Source: an uncultured virus (IMG/VR IMGVR_UViG_2786546887_000004)
Lineage: Duplodnaviria; Heunggongvirae; Uroviricota; Caudoviricetes
Virus record (IMG/VR): IMGVR_UViG_2786546887_000004
Reading direction: 5' to 3' (one strand)
DNA length: 64,000 nucleotides
The notes beneath the pieces were generated by a model that saw only the letters and a program-made list of their open reading frames with translations, was not told the origin of the DNA and searched no databases. A program made the translations under genes and the position numbers. Shown here piece by piece: positions 56,763 to 64,000 of this stretch (its first letter is position 1; the number at the start of each line of letters is the position of its first letter).

Positions 56763-56815
56763 ATTAACCTCCTTTGTAAGCAAAGTTTCTAGTGAGGCCC
56801 TATAAGGCGCCTCTA
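56763..56815 (-). promoter_or_regulatory. ROSE-like RNA thermometer in the hsp20 5' UTR
   Basis: AACUUUGCU pairs with SD AGGAGGUU leaving a bulged G; preceded by a GC-rich hairpin. Confidence 0.6.
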
Positions 56816-56819
56816 ACAT

Positions 56820-56849
56820 ATTATATAATAATTATTTATAATATGTCAA
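56820..56849 (-). promoter_or_regulatory. hsp20 dual promoter (sigma70-like with embedded late box)
   Basis: TTGACA-N18-TATAAT with TATAAATA (56833-56840) in the spacer. Confidence 0.6.
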
Positions 56850-56850
56850 G

Positions 56851-56985
56851 CGCCAGTTTCCTTTTGTCACGGAGTTAAACTGGCAAAGATCACCGATTTG
56901 CTGGGTGTCTTTAGTTATACAACAGAGTGACACCCTAACTCATTTACGCCTCTACAAGGACTTACGAATTGCCTAGTAGGTTATA
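56851..56985 (-). ncRNA. Candidate structured non-coding RNA
   Basis: GC-enriched intergenic segment with three hairpins (CUAC..AGG/CCU..GUAG around UUCG; GGGUGUC/GACACCC; GCCAGUUU/AAACUGGC). Confidence 0.45.
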
Positions 56986-57017
56986 ATATATATACAGACA
57001 CAAAGTGGCGTAAAATA

Positions 57018-57257
57018 CTATAATTTTTTTACTTTTTTACCTTTAACAATAACAATACCATTCAACTCATCCCACTTCTTTTGTGCAAGGAAGATTTTCT
57101 TCATTTTTGCTTTATTCTTCTCCCTCTTTTTTTCTGAAGGTTTTTGATAGTATTGTCTATCTCTTAACTCTTTAATTAGTCCGTTCTTTTGAACTTTCCT
57201 CTTTAAAGACCTAATAGCTTTTTCTACGTTATTGTTTCTAACTATTATTGTTGTCAA
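57018..57257 (-). CDS. rpsU: Ribosomal protein bS21
   Basis: VRNNNVEKAIRSLKRK...G..KELR.RQYYQKPSEKKR. Confidence 0.9.
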   Translation of the reverse strand: MTTIIVRNNNVEKAIRSLKRKVQKNGLIKELRDRQYYQKPSEKKREKNKAKMKKIFLAQKKWDELNGIVIVKGKKVKKL

Positions 57258-58640
57258 TTATATTACCTCCTCAATTCTATTCGACTTCTTTATATTGTAC
57301 TCGGCACATATCAATCTACCATTATCTATTGTGTGTTGACCGCCCTTATCTTTAGGTATAATAGCGTCACCATGCCATTTAGTATAGTCTAAAACTTCTT
57401 CAAATGGTATAGTCTTTTGTGTTGCAGGACATATACCTTTTTGTCTTTCCCAAAATAAAAACTTTTGATTCTTTGTAAAATACTTATCAGGATCTTCTTG
57501 TTGTATTAATAAACCAGACGCAAATGCCTCACCCTCTATTTTATTAAGTAAGTATTTTAATCTCCATTGTCTAAAATGATCTGGTATTTTTTTAATTGTA
57601 TCATCAAAAACATACTCTGAATTTTCACCAGGTATAGGATGTGTTGTATCAACATCTGCTTTTTCTTTTACATATTGTTTTAACCATAACTTATAGAACT
57701 CATCAGGTTTTTCTACTTTAATATTATTTAATTTGTAATTCCAAAAGGTTACAAAGTAATCAAACACNGCATTTGGTTGTAAGTGTTGAGTGCCTGATTC
57801 AAAGTTTTTCATAACTTGTTTTAGTACTGAATTAAAATTACTATCTGATTTAAACAATCTTAAATACGTAGATAGATCACCTCTNGTAGTATTATCAAAA
57901 TATATTTTATCTAACAATACTTTTGAATACTCACCTTTGAAAGCATAACATGCCATCTTAGCAATATATTCATCACCTTTTAATTCTTGTATATCTTTAT
58001 TACCTAAAAATTTTGATAATGCCGTCAAATATTTTTTTCTATTATCTCTAACATATTGAGCAAAATCACTAGGATAAGAGTGCCTATATTGTTGATGATT
58101 TAGTGGCATACCTTTATTTAAATTTCTAAACACATCTCTACATTGAGCAGATGTAATTTCTGTAAATACTTTTAAATCAATTTGTGTATCATTATATTTT
58201 TCTTGTAATACACTTGGCATAGTCGAGTACTTATCAAAATCTTTTTTGATTTCTGAACTACCTCTATCATACAAATATGATTTATGTAATGCCTTAAATA
58301 ACTCATTTCTAAAATCTTTATAAGTGATTGATCTATTATTACCATCAATACTTAAATACTCAAATTCTTTATCTAATAAATTTTGAAAGTATAGAACTGA
58401 ATCAGGACTAGACTTTGTTTGTAAATTATATTCTAATGCTGCCTTAACATCTACTAACACAATTGGGTTTACAGCAGAACCTAATAGTGTTGAATCTATA
58501 AATTCTTTTTTGTTAGTATCTTCCCAACTAGATTTTTCGTCNGTACCTCTTTGAAAAGACTCATCTAAAAATATCTTTTTATCTATATTTAAATCAGTAA
58601 AATTTTTTACACTTATTGTTTTAGTTATTGCTTTCATCAT
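57258..58640 (-). CDS. DUF262 (GmrS-like) plus degenerate HNH protein
   Basis: FQRG...W, IDGNNR, F..LNKG.PL; C-terminal HGDAIIP..KGG...N...IC...N..K. Confidence 0.75.
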   Translation of the reverse strand: MMKAITKTISVKNFTDLNIDKKIFLDESFQRGXDEKSSWEDTNKKEFIDSTLLGSAVNPIVLVDVKAALEYNLQTKSSPDSVLYFQNLLDKEFEYLSIDGNNRSITYKDFRNELFKALHKSYLYDRGSSEIKKDFDKYSTMPSVLQEKYNDTQIDLKVFTEITSAQCRDVFRNLNKGMPLNHQQYRHSYPSDFAQYVRDNRKKYLTALSKFLGNKDIQELKGDEYIAKMACYAFKGEYSKVLLDKIYFDNTXRGDLSTYLRLFKSDSNFNSVLKQVMKNFESGTQHLQPNXVFDYFVTFWNYKLNNIKVEKPDEFYKLWLKQYVKEKADVDTTHPIPGENSEYVFDDTIKKIPDHFRQWRLKYLLNKIEGEAFASGLLIQQEDPDKYFTKNQKFLFWERQKGICPATQKTIPFEEVLDYTKWHGDAIIPKDKGGQHTIDNGRLICAEYNIKKSNRIEEVI

Positions 58641-58653
58641 TCCTCATTATTAG

Positions 58654-58680
58654 GATAAGGGCGCCAATGGCACCCTTATC
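58654..58680. other. Intergenic stem-loop
   Basis: GATAAGGG/CCCTTATC stem extended by GCCA/TGGC; no clear U-tract. Confidence 0.6.
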
Positions 58681-58720
58681 TGGACTTACACTATGAATAG
58701 ATTTTAGGTTACTCAATGGA

Positions 58721-59905
58721 CTAAACATTTATGTCGTCCTCTTCGCCATCCTCACTATCATCGGAATCTGGTTGTTTGTAAGACTCTAAATCAGCCTTCT
58801 TCTTCTCTTCTAGTATCTGATCAACACTAGCACCTGAATCAACTTTAGTATATAATTCAGTGAAGGAGTTTTTAGTATCTTCATCAAATCTATTTGTACA
58901 AACAGCAATCGCCTTCATCTTATTTTTAAAGATACCGTATGCCTCACCGATATGTACAAGTCTTCTAGTACTGATTATCTCATCAATACCGCCATCTTTG
59001 TAGGTTTTTCTGATAACATCAGCCCAAGTCACTAGATTATGAGCAAACTTTTGATCTGCCTTACCAGCAGATTTTAAAGTATTCGCAACAATCTTCTCTT
59101 CAACTTTAGCAGATGGATATTCCTGTTCGAAAGTCACAGGAAATCTTTCTAAAAATGCCTCGTTAAGAACATTAGTACCGATAAACTTACCGTCATCTGA
59201 ACCTTGACCTTTAGTATTAGCAGTAGCGATAACATTGAAACCAACTTTAGGTTTAATGAATCTGTTTATCTTTTTAATATAGATACCAGACCCTTCTAAA
59301 ATAGGTTGTAAACACATTATCTTATTTGACGCAAGGTCAATCTCATCTAATAATAAGATAGCACCTCTCTTCATCGCCTCAACCACTGGGCCGTCTTGCC
59401 AGATTGTTTGACCATCTTTAAGTCTATAACCACCTAATAGATCGTCCTCATCGGTTTCTATTGTGATGTTAACTCTAATCATTTCTCTTTTAGTCTCAGC
59501 ACACGCCTGGGTTACAGACATTGTTTTACCATTGCCTGAAAGACCTGTGATAAACGCAGGATAGAATTTTTTAGATTTAACAATATTCTTAATATCAGAA
59601 TAGTTACCGAAGTTAACGAAGTTTGATATTAAACTAGGAACAACATTGTCGGTCAATGAAGACACAACATAAGCCGCCTTAGTATCAGTTTTTTCTTCAA
59701 CTTCTTTTTTAGATTGTGTATTGTTGTTTAAAGGTAATTTGTAAACACCTCTATCAACTTTATACTTGTCAGATTTTAACCACGATGGATTAGCAATCTT
59801 TTTTTTCTTAACTAGATCATTTATTTGTGATCTAGTCACCGTATCAGTTTTATAAGTGTCATATAAAACTTTAACAGCACTTTTTTGTTTCACATTTAGT
59901 TCCAT
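58721..59905 (-). CDS. MoxR/CobS-like AAA+ ATPase
   Basis: GLSGNGKT, LLDEID, ATANTKG, AFLERF, STRRL. Confidence 0.9.
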   Translation of the reverse strand: MELNVKQKSAVKVLYDTYKTDTVTRSQINDLVKKKKIANPSWLKSDKYKVDRGVYKLPLNNNTQSKKEVEEKTDTKAAYVVSSLTDNVVPSLISNFVNFGNYSDIKNIVKSKKFYPAFITGLSGNGKTMSVTQACAETKREMIRVNITIETDEDDLLGGYRLKDGQTIWQDGPVVEAMKRGAILLLDEIDLASNKIMCLQPILEGSGIYIKKINRFIKPKVGFNVIATANTKGQGSDDGKFIGTNVLNEAFLERFPVTFEQEYPSAKVEEKIVANTLKSAGKADQKFAHNLVTWADVIRKTYKDGGIDEIISTRRLVHIGEAYGIFKNKMKAIAVCTNRFDEDTKNSFTELYTKVDSGASVDQILEEKKKADLESYKQPDSDDSEDGEEDDINV

Positions 59906-59942
59906 AATATAAGCCTCCTTGTTTTTATTGAACTATACAACC

Positions 59943-59990
59943 ATGCTATCATTAATTGAGTTTTTACGCAATAGCGCAAAATGTCGCACA
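59943..59990 (-). promoter_or_regulatory. Early promoter plus operator-like palindrome, copy 2
   Basis: TTGCGT-N17-TAGCAT; GCGCAAAATGTCGCACA at 59974-59990 next to the -35. Confidence 0.55.
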
Positions 59991-60001
59991 TCATGGTCAA
60001 A

Positions 60002-62179
60002 TTATGCAACCTCCTTAATGAAATTCTGTAATACAACTCGGGATTGAAGTCTGCCTTTCATGTTTTTAGAAAACGCCCTCTTAATATCTGATTTTTTCGA
60101 ATCTTTATTTATTGTGTCTAAATTAGCACCTTCAACCTTTGTATCTGATTTAACAAAAAAGTAAACATCATAACCTTTTTGTCTATCAGCAACATACTTG
60201 TTTTTATTAAAGAAGNCTCTCATTTTATCTTTAATAGATTCTGTTGTATGATATAATTGATATTCTAATCTTCTCCACTTTTTAACTAGATAGAAACCTA
60301 CCGTTTTGATTTGATATTTCTTTTTCAAGTATCTTAAAATATTATTTGTTAAAGAGTTAGGGCCAGAATAATCACACTCTACATAATTCTTACCTAGTTT
60401 AACATGATAATCACCCCAATCGGTCATACCGTGGACACCGTTCATACTATTAGCACCGCCATCAGTTAAAGAAACAAAAATTGTTTTATCAACTTTATAT
60501 TGATTTTGAAACATAGGAATAATTGTATCCATTGCAATCAATGATTCATCTAATGGTGTTGAACATAGATAATAATCATTATGTGGTGACGGTACTGAAA
60601 AATCATCAACTAAATTATAACCTCTTCTAAAATTATATCTTTGATGACCCCAATAGAAAGACATCATATACAAATACTTAGCAGAATTAAGCATATCTTT
60701 TTTAGTCATCTTTGTAGCAAACAATTGTACAAGTCTAGTAAATTGATCTACTTTTAATTCACCGTGATTTGAAGTAAATACTTTTTTATCAGAATCTTTT
60801 TTAGCGCCNAATTGATGTTTACCATTATTCATAAACGCATAAACTGAAAAAGGTATATTAACTTTTTTAACAAACCATACAAGGTTTAATAATTGTTCAA
60901 CCGTATTGTGTATTGTGTCGCCCATAGAACCTGACCAGTCTAATAAGAAAATCATACCGTGGTTCTTCTCATTAGGTACAACTGATATTTTTTTGAAAAT
61001 ATCTTCAGCATATTTGTATGAGTGTAATTTTAGAGGATCAATAATACCAGTTTTATCAGTAGCCGATCTTGCGTGTAGTCTAGCATTTTTTCTCATCTCA
61101 AATTCTTTAACTAGATAATTAACAATCGGATTAGATTGAGTTTTAAATTTCAAAAACTTTTCTTCACATTTTTTTATTCCGTAAGCATAATCAGAGTGTT
61201 GCATTTGATTACCATAATGAACAACTTGATCTTTTATAAATTGTTTGTAAGGAATAATTAAATCTTTTAATATAGGATCAGGTAAAGTACCATACATTCT
61301 ACCTCTTTTATTCTCATCTCTAATTTTAGGACTACCAAATGCCTCATCTGTAATTGATCTAATCTTAACATTACCACCAGCACCAGTGCCTTGTTTACCT
61401 GTACTCTTTAAATCTTCTTTTTCAGCATTATCTTTTTTGTCAGGTTTTCTACTATTCTCTTCCTGATCTTTTTTATCTAACCAATCTTCTAACTTGTCAC
61501 TAGAAGATTCACTAGAGTCTGATTGTGAATCTGAATCTGAAACATCCTGTTGATTGTCACTTTCAGGTTGTACTTTATAAGTCTCTGCTTTTGATTTGTC
61601 TTTTTTTAATTCTTCTTTACAATAACCTAATATCTCTTCAGCAAGTTTTTTAACATCATCAAAACTTTTTAGATTATCAACTGCCTTAATAAAATGATTT
61701 TCTTTTTTAGAAAATGCAACAGGTAAAGTTTTTGAAGATTTATACCAAAGATTAATTCTATCAATAAGAGCATAGTCATCTAGTTTTNTATCTTTAGTTT
61801 TAAAGAAATTGTCTTTTAATAATTTTGTAAAACCTTTTTTGTAGTTAGAAATGACACCAGGATATTTCTTTTGAATAAGTTTATCTATTCTAGTGTCTTC
61901 TAACACATTAACAAAGGATCTAAATTCATCTGATCTATCTTTCATATCTGCCCAACCATCAGCAGGNGTATATAAAGCGTGGGAAACTTCATGTGCAATA
62001 AGCATATCAATTACGTTATTGTCATCATGTTTGAAAAAAGGAATTGTTAGTACCCTATTCTTTACATCAAAAGAAGCGGTCTTAACTTGGTTTTGTAAAA
62101 CTTGTATATTTTCTGTTGCAAGTAATTTTGCAAGATTAGATTTTTGAGATTTAATATTTGTATAAGTCTTTTTTGTCAT
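60002..62179 (-). CDS. CobT-like protein: HExxH metallopeptidase-like domain, acidic linker, vWA domain
   Basis: AHEVSH...NVLEDTRI; MIDAS DWSGS, TPL, LTDG. Confidence 0.85.
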   Translation of the reverse strand: MTKKTYTNIKSQKSNLAKLLATENIQVLQNQVKTASFDVKNRVLTIPFFKHDDNNVIDMLIAHEVSHALYXPADGWADMKDRSDEFRSFVNVLEDTRIDKLIQKKYPGVISNYKKGFTKLLKDNFFKTKDXKLDDYALIDRINLWYKSSKTLPVAFSKKENHFIKAVDNLKSFDDVKKLAEEILGYCKEELKKDKSKAETYKVQPESDNQQDVSDSDSQSDSSESSSDKLEDWLDKKDQEENSRKPDKKDNAEKEDLKSTGKQGTGAGGNVKIRSITDEAFGSPKIRDENKRGRMYGTLPDPILKDLIIPYKQFIKDQVVHYGNQMQHSDYAYGIKKCEEKFLKFKTQSNPIVNYLVKEFEMRKNARLHARSATDKTGIIDPLKLHSYKYAEDIFKKISVVPNEKNHGMIFLLDWSGSMGDTIHNTVEQLLNLVWFVKKVNIPFSVYAFMNNGKHQXGAKKDSDKKVFTSNHGELKVDQFTRLVQLFATKMTKKDMLNSAKYLYMMSFYWGHQRYNFRRGYNLVDDFSVPSPHNDYYLCSTPLDESLIAMDTIIPMFQNQYKVDKTIFVSLTDGGANSMNGVHGMTDWGDYHVKLGKNYVECDYSGPNSLTNNILRYLKKKYQIKTVGFYLVKKWRRLEYQLYHTTESIKDKMRXFFNKNKYVADRQKGYDVYFFVKSDTKVEGANLDTINKDSKKSDIKRAFSKNMKGRLQSRVVLQNFIKEVA

Positions 62180-62189
62180 AGATACACTT

Positions 62190-62218
62190 ATGCTATACTA
62201 TAACGGTTTTTTTCACAA
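62190..62218 (-). promoter_or_regulatory. Early promoter
   Basis: TTGTGA-N17-TAGCAT (same -10 as at 59943). Confidence 0.5.
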
Positions 62219-62253
62219 GCACTAATTGGTACGTGAAATATAGGTTTTTAGGG

Positions 62254-62289
62254 GTGTGTCAAATTGCGCTTTGAGAACAAAACGAGAAC
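62254..62289. promoter_or_regulatory. Operator-like palindrome (copy 3) plus LexA-type box (copy 2)
   Basis: GTGTGTCAAATTGCGC then GAAC-AAAACGA-GAAC (62275-62289). Confidence 0.55.
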
Positions 62290-62290
62290 A

Positions 62291-62419
62291 CTATGGTTTT
62301 TTAGTCTTTTTGCGACTCTTCTTCTTTGGTTTCTTAAAAATCGAATCAAAGTTTTTCTTATATTNTTCAGTAGGTATTCGGGATCGACCATCCCATTTTC
62401 TTCCTGATTCTTTACTCAT
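62291..62419 (-). CDS. Small basic protein (42 aa, not in ORF track)
   Basis: MSKESGRKWDGRSRIPTExYKKNFDSIFKK...; TAATG overlap with the MTase stop. Confidence 0.6.
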   Translation of the reverse strand: MSKESGRKWDGRSRIPTEXYKKNFDSIFKKPKKKSRKKTKKP

Positions 62420-63504
62420 TACTTTGTGCCTATGAATATAGGTTCGTATTTTCTACCTGGCACATCAGGTCTTGCATTTTCAAAACGACCTATATAGTTG
62501 TTCTTTTGTTTTACTATTGTCTCACCTTCTTCTAGTGTATTTTTAGCAGATGTACCTTGTTGTGTAGATAAAGATAACCACCATATTTTCATGTCTTTGA
62601 AACCTGCCTCAACCATGCAATCGTAAGTATCTTCTTCAAATGTTTTATATGATTTTACATTAGCAACATTAAAGGCAGCNCATTTACCAGGTTTTAAACC
62701 ATGATATGCGTTCTTAATTGTTTGTAATAAGAAACCATTACGCCATTGTTCTTGTACTGGAAACTTCTTAAATGATTGTTCTTCTTCATCACCATACATT
62801 TCATGTCCTAAATAAGGTGGACTTGTAAATACAAAATCTAAACTATTTTCTTCAGGTATAAATGTTTCTGATCCTTGTCTTAATAAAGTATATTTTCTAT
62901 CTTTATGACCATATTCATCTCTAATCATTTCTAAACCTGAATACGTAGGAACACATGGATCTGTACCTATATAATTAACACCAGCTGCAATCGCACCTAG
63001 TAAACGACCCCCATAACCCATACTAGGATCCCATACCGTACCTGGTTGTTCATTAAATAATGTAGAACCTTTTTCTACAAATATATCATATAAAGTTGCG
63101 GCTGCTGTAGGTCTAAAATTAGAGACCATTTGAGTACCTGAATATCGTCTCAACATTGATCTCATGTCTGATGGTGTAATTTCGTGTGCGTCTTTTTGTT
63201 GAAAGAAAGTGCCTGTAAGTATCTTGTTAATACCTTTTTCTAAATGTTCTTCATCTTCCCATATCTCCATAGGTGTCTTCATCTTACCACACTTTATTCC
63301 CCAAGCGTGTTTCATATAAGACCATGCAAGAGATAATCCGTGTGTTGATTGACCTATAATATTATGAGTTCTATCCCAAAGATTTTCTCTTTTAAATTCT
63401 GATAATGACGAATATTCTTTATCACGCCATTTTTTATCTTCAGAATAATAAGGAAATCCTTTGTTATCTTTCCAATCTCTAATTACTTCTTTTGCGTTTG
63501 ACAT
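62419..63504 (-). CDS. Putative DNA amino-methyltransferase (N4-C/N6-A)
   Basis: NFRP, WDPSMGYGGRL, FVFTSPPY. Confidence 0.75.
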   Translation of the reverse strand: MSNAKEVIRDWKDNKGFPYYSEDKKWRDKEYSSLSEFKRENLWDRTHNIIGQSTHGLSLAWSYMKHAWGIKCGKMKTPMEIWEDEEHLEKGINKILTGTFFQQKDAHEITPSDMRSMLRRYSGTQMVSNFRPTAAATLYDIFVEKGSTLFNEQPGTVWDPSMGYGGRLLGAIAAGVNYIGTDPCVPTYSGLEMIRDEYGHKDRKYTLLRQGSETFIPEENSLDFVFTSPPYLGHEMYGDEEEQSFKKFPVQEQWRNGFLLQTIKNAYHGLKPGKXAAFNVANVKSYKTFEEDTYDCMVEAGFKDMKIWWLSLSTQQGTSAKNTLEEGETIVKQKNNYIGRFENARPDVPGRKYEPIFIGTK

Positions 63505-63913
63505 AAACTAAACCAGGGAGTGTGCCTTTTGCCCAACTTGTTTTCCCCACTTTCTTCATTCCTATGCTATCATAAAATCCACACGCTGTCAAGTTGTCTG
63601 ATCTTACTGATAAATAAACATCTCTAGGACACCATTCGAAGAAAGCTCTCATTATAGATCGAGCATTACCATCACCTGGATACTCACTTGCTATTTGATG
63701 TAATACGGTGTCGCCTTTTCTTAAATTAACATCACCTATTTTCTGTTGTCTTTTACAATGATGAAAAGTTATAATTACGCAATCCTCATAAATGATTTGT
63801 TGTTTATCAATCATTCTTTTCATGTAATCTGTTCTTACATGAGGAAACCATTTCTTATGTTTATAGAAAATTTCTTTTATTTTTTGAAAATCAGACTTTT
63901 GCGCTAATAACAT
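63479..63913 (-). CDS. GNAT-family acetyltransferase
   Basis: LHQIA...G.G.A, LSVRSDN..A..FY..IG. Confidence 0.8.
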   Translation of the reverse strand: MLLAQKSDFQKIKEIFYKHKKWFPHVRTDYMKRMIDKQQIIYEDCVIITFHHCKRQQKIGDVNLRKGDTVLHQIASEYPGDGNARSIMRAFFEWCPRDVYLSVRSDNLTACGFYDSIGMKKVGKTSWAKGTLPGLVYVKRKRSN

Positions 63914-64000
63914 TTTCTAACCTTGGATTCATATAACAATCTATAACTAAATGTAGTCTATCATAATCCTCANAATTGTCAACAGCATGAGGTTTAGATA

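Noticed and set aside
56851..57016. tRNA or known riboswitch
   Set aside because: No cloverleaf or T-loop consensus and no aptamer I recognise; kept only as a candidate ncRNA
58721..59905. Calling the AAA+ gene a cobalamin-synthesis (cobS) auxiliary metabolic gene
   Set aside because: No cobN or other cobalamin genes are present; only generic MoxR-type motifs are visible
276..62147. Plus-strand ORFs in the ORF track (for example 22172-22900, 21080-21472, 36603-36932)
   Set aside because: They are antisense shadows of well-supported minus-strand genes, with biased low-complexity composition and no motifs
26310..63973. Scattered N bases as programmed hypervariability (for example DGR)
   Set aside because: They occur singly across conserved genes with no reverse transcriptase or template/variable repeat; best explained as assembly ambiguity
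1..64000. Alternative genetic code or stop-codon reassignment
   Set aside because: Core genes are full length in code 11, and TAA, TAG and TGA all serve as stops, often overlapping the next start

Overview
A 64 kb AT-rich, gene-dense segment of a large T4-like marine myovirus genome. Essentially all real genes are on the minus strand, and scattered N bases suggest a metagenomic consensus. The host is probably an alphaproteobacterium such as SAR11/Pelagibacter (inferred from low GC, bS21, Hsp20, an adrenodoxin-type ferredoxin and alphaproteobacterial-type LexA boxes). In transcription order (right to left) the window holds: (1) a GNAT, a DNA MTase, a vWA/MoxR pair, a DUF262-HNH protein, bS21, a candidate structured RNA and Hsp20; (2) the T4 replication core (gp45, gp44, gp62, RegA, gp43, UvsX, gp41) interleaved with ferredoxin, peroxiredoxin, MTases and 2OG-Fe(II) oxygenases; (3) a late block of proteins with T4 internal-protein-like N-termini, including a ligase-like protein, adenylate kinase, a PNK/zeta-like kinase and a Pol-beta NTase/HIGH NTase polyprotein, with a HAD phosphatase alongside; (4) spanins and secreted proteins; (5) primase and NrdAB; (6) a roughly 12 kb glycan synthesis/modification cluster (Gmd, ColD-like, AsnB-like, radical SAM, about six glycosyltransferase-like genes); (7) small early genes including a 2H phosphoesterase. 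The top leads are a putative virion-packaged, protease-processed RNA/nucleotide repair enzyme kit, a repeated promoter module with GAAC-N7-GAAC LexA-type boxes, a ROSE-like RNA thermometer and adjacent structured RNA at hsp20, a late-promoter-driven colitose-like glycosylation pathway, and an Acb1-like 2H enzyme. All family calls come from motif recognition by eye, not database searches.
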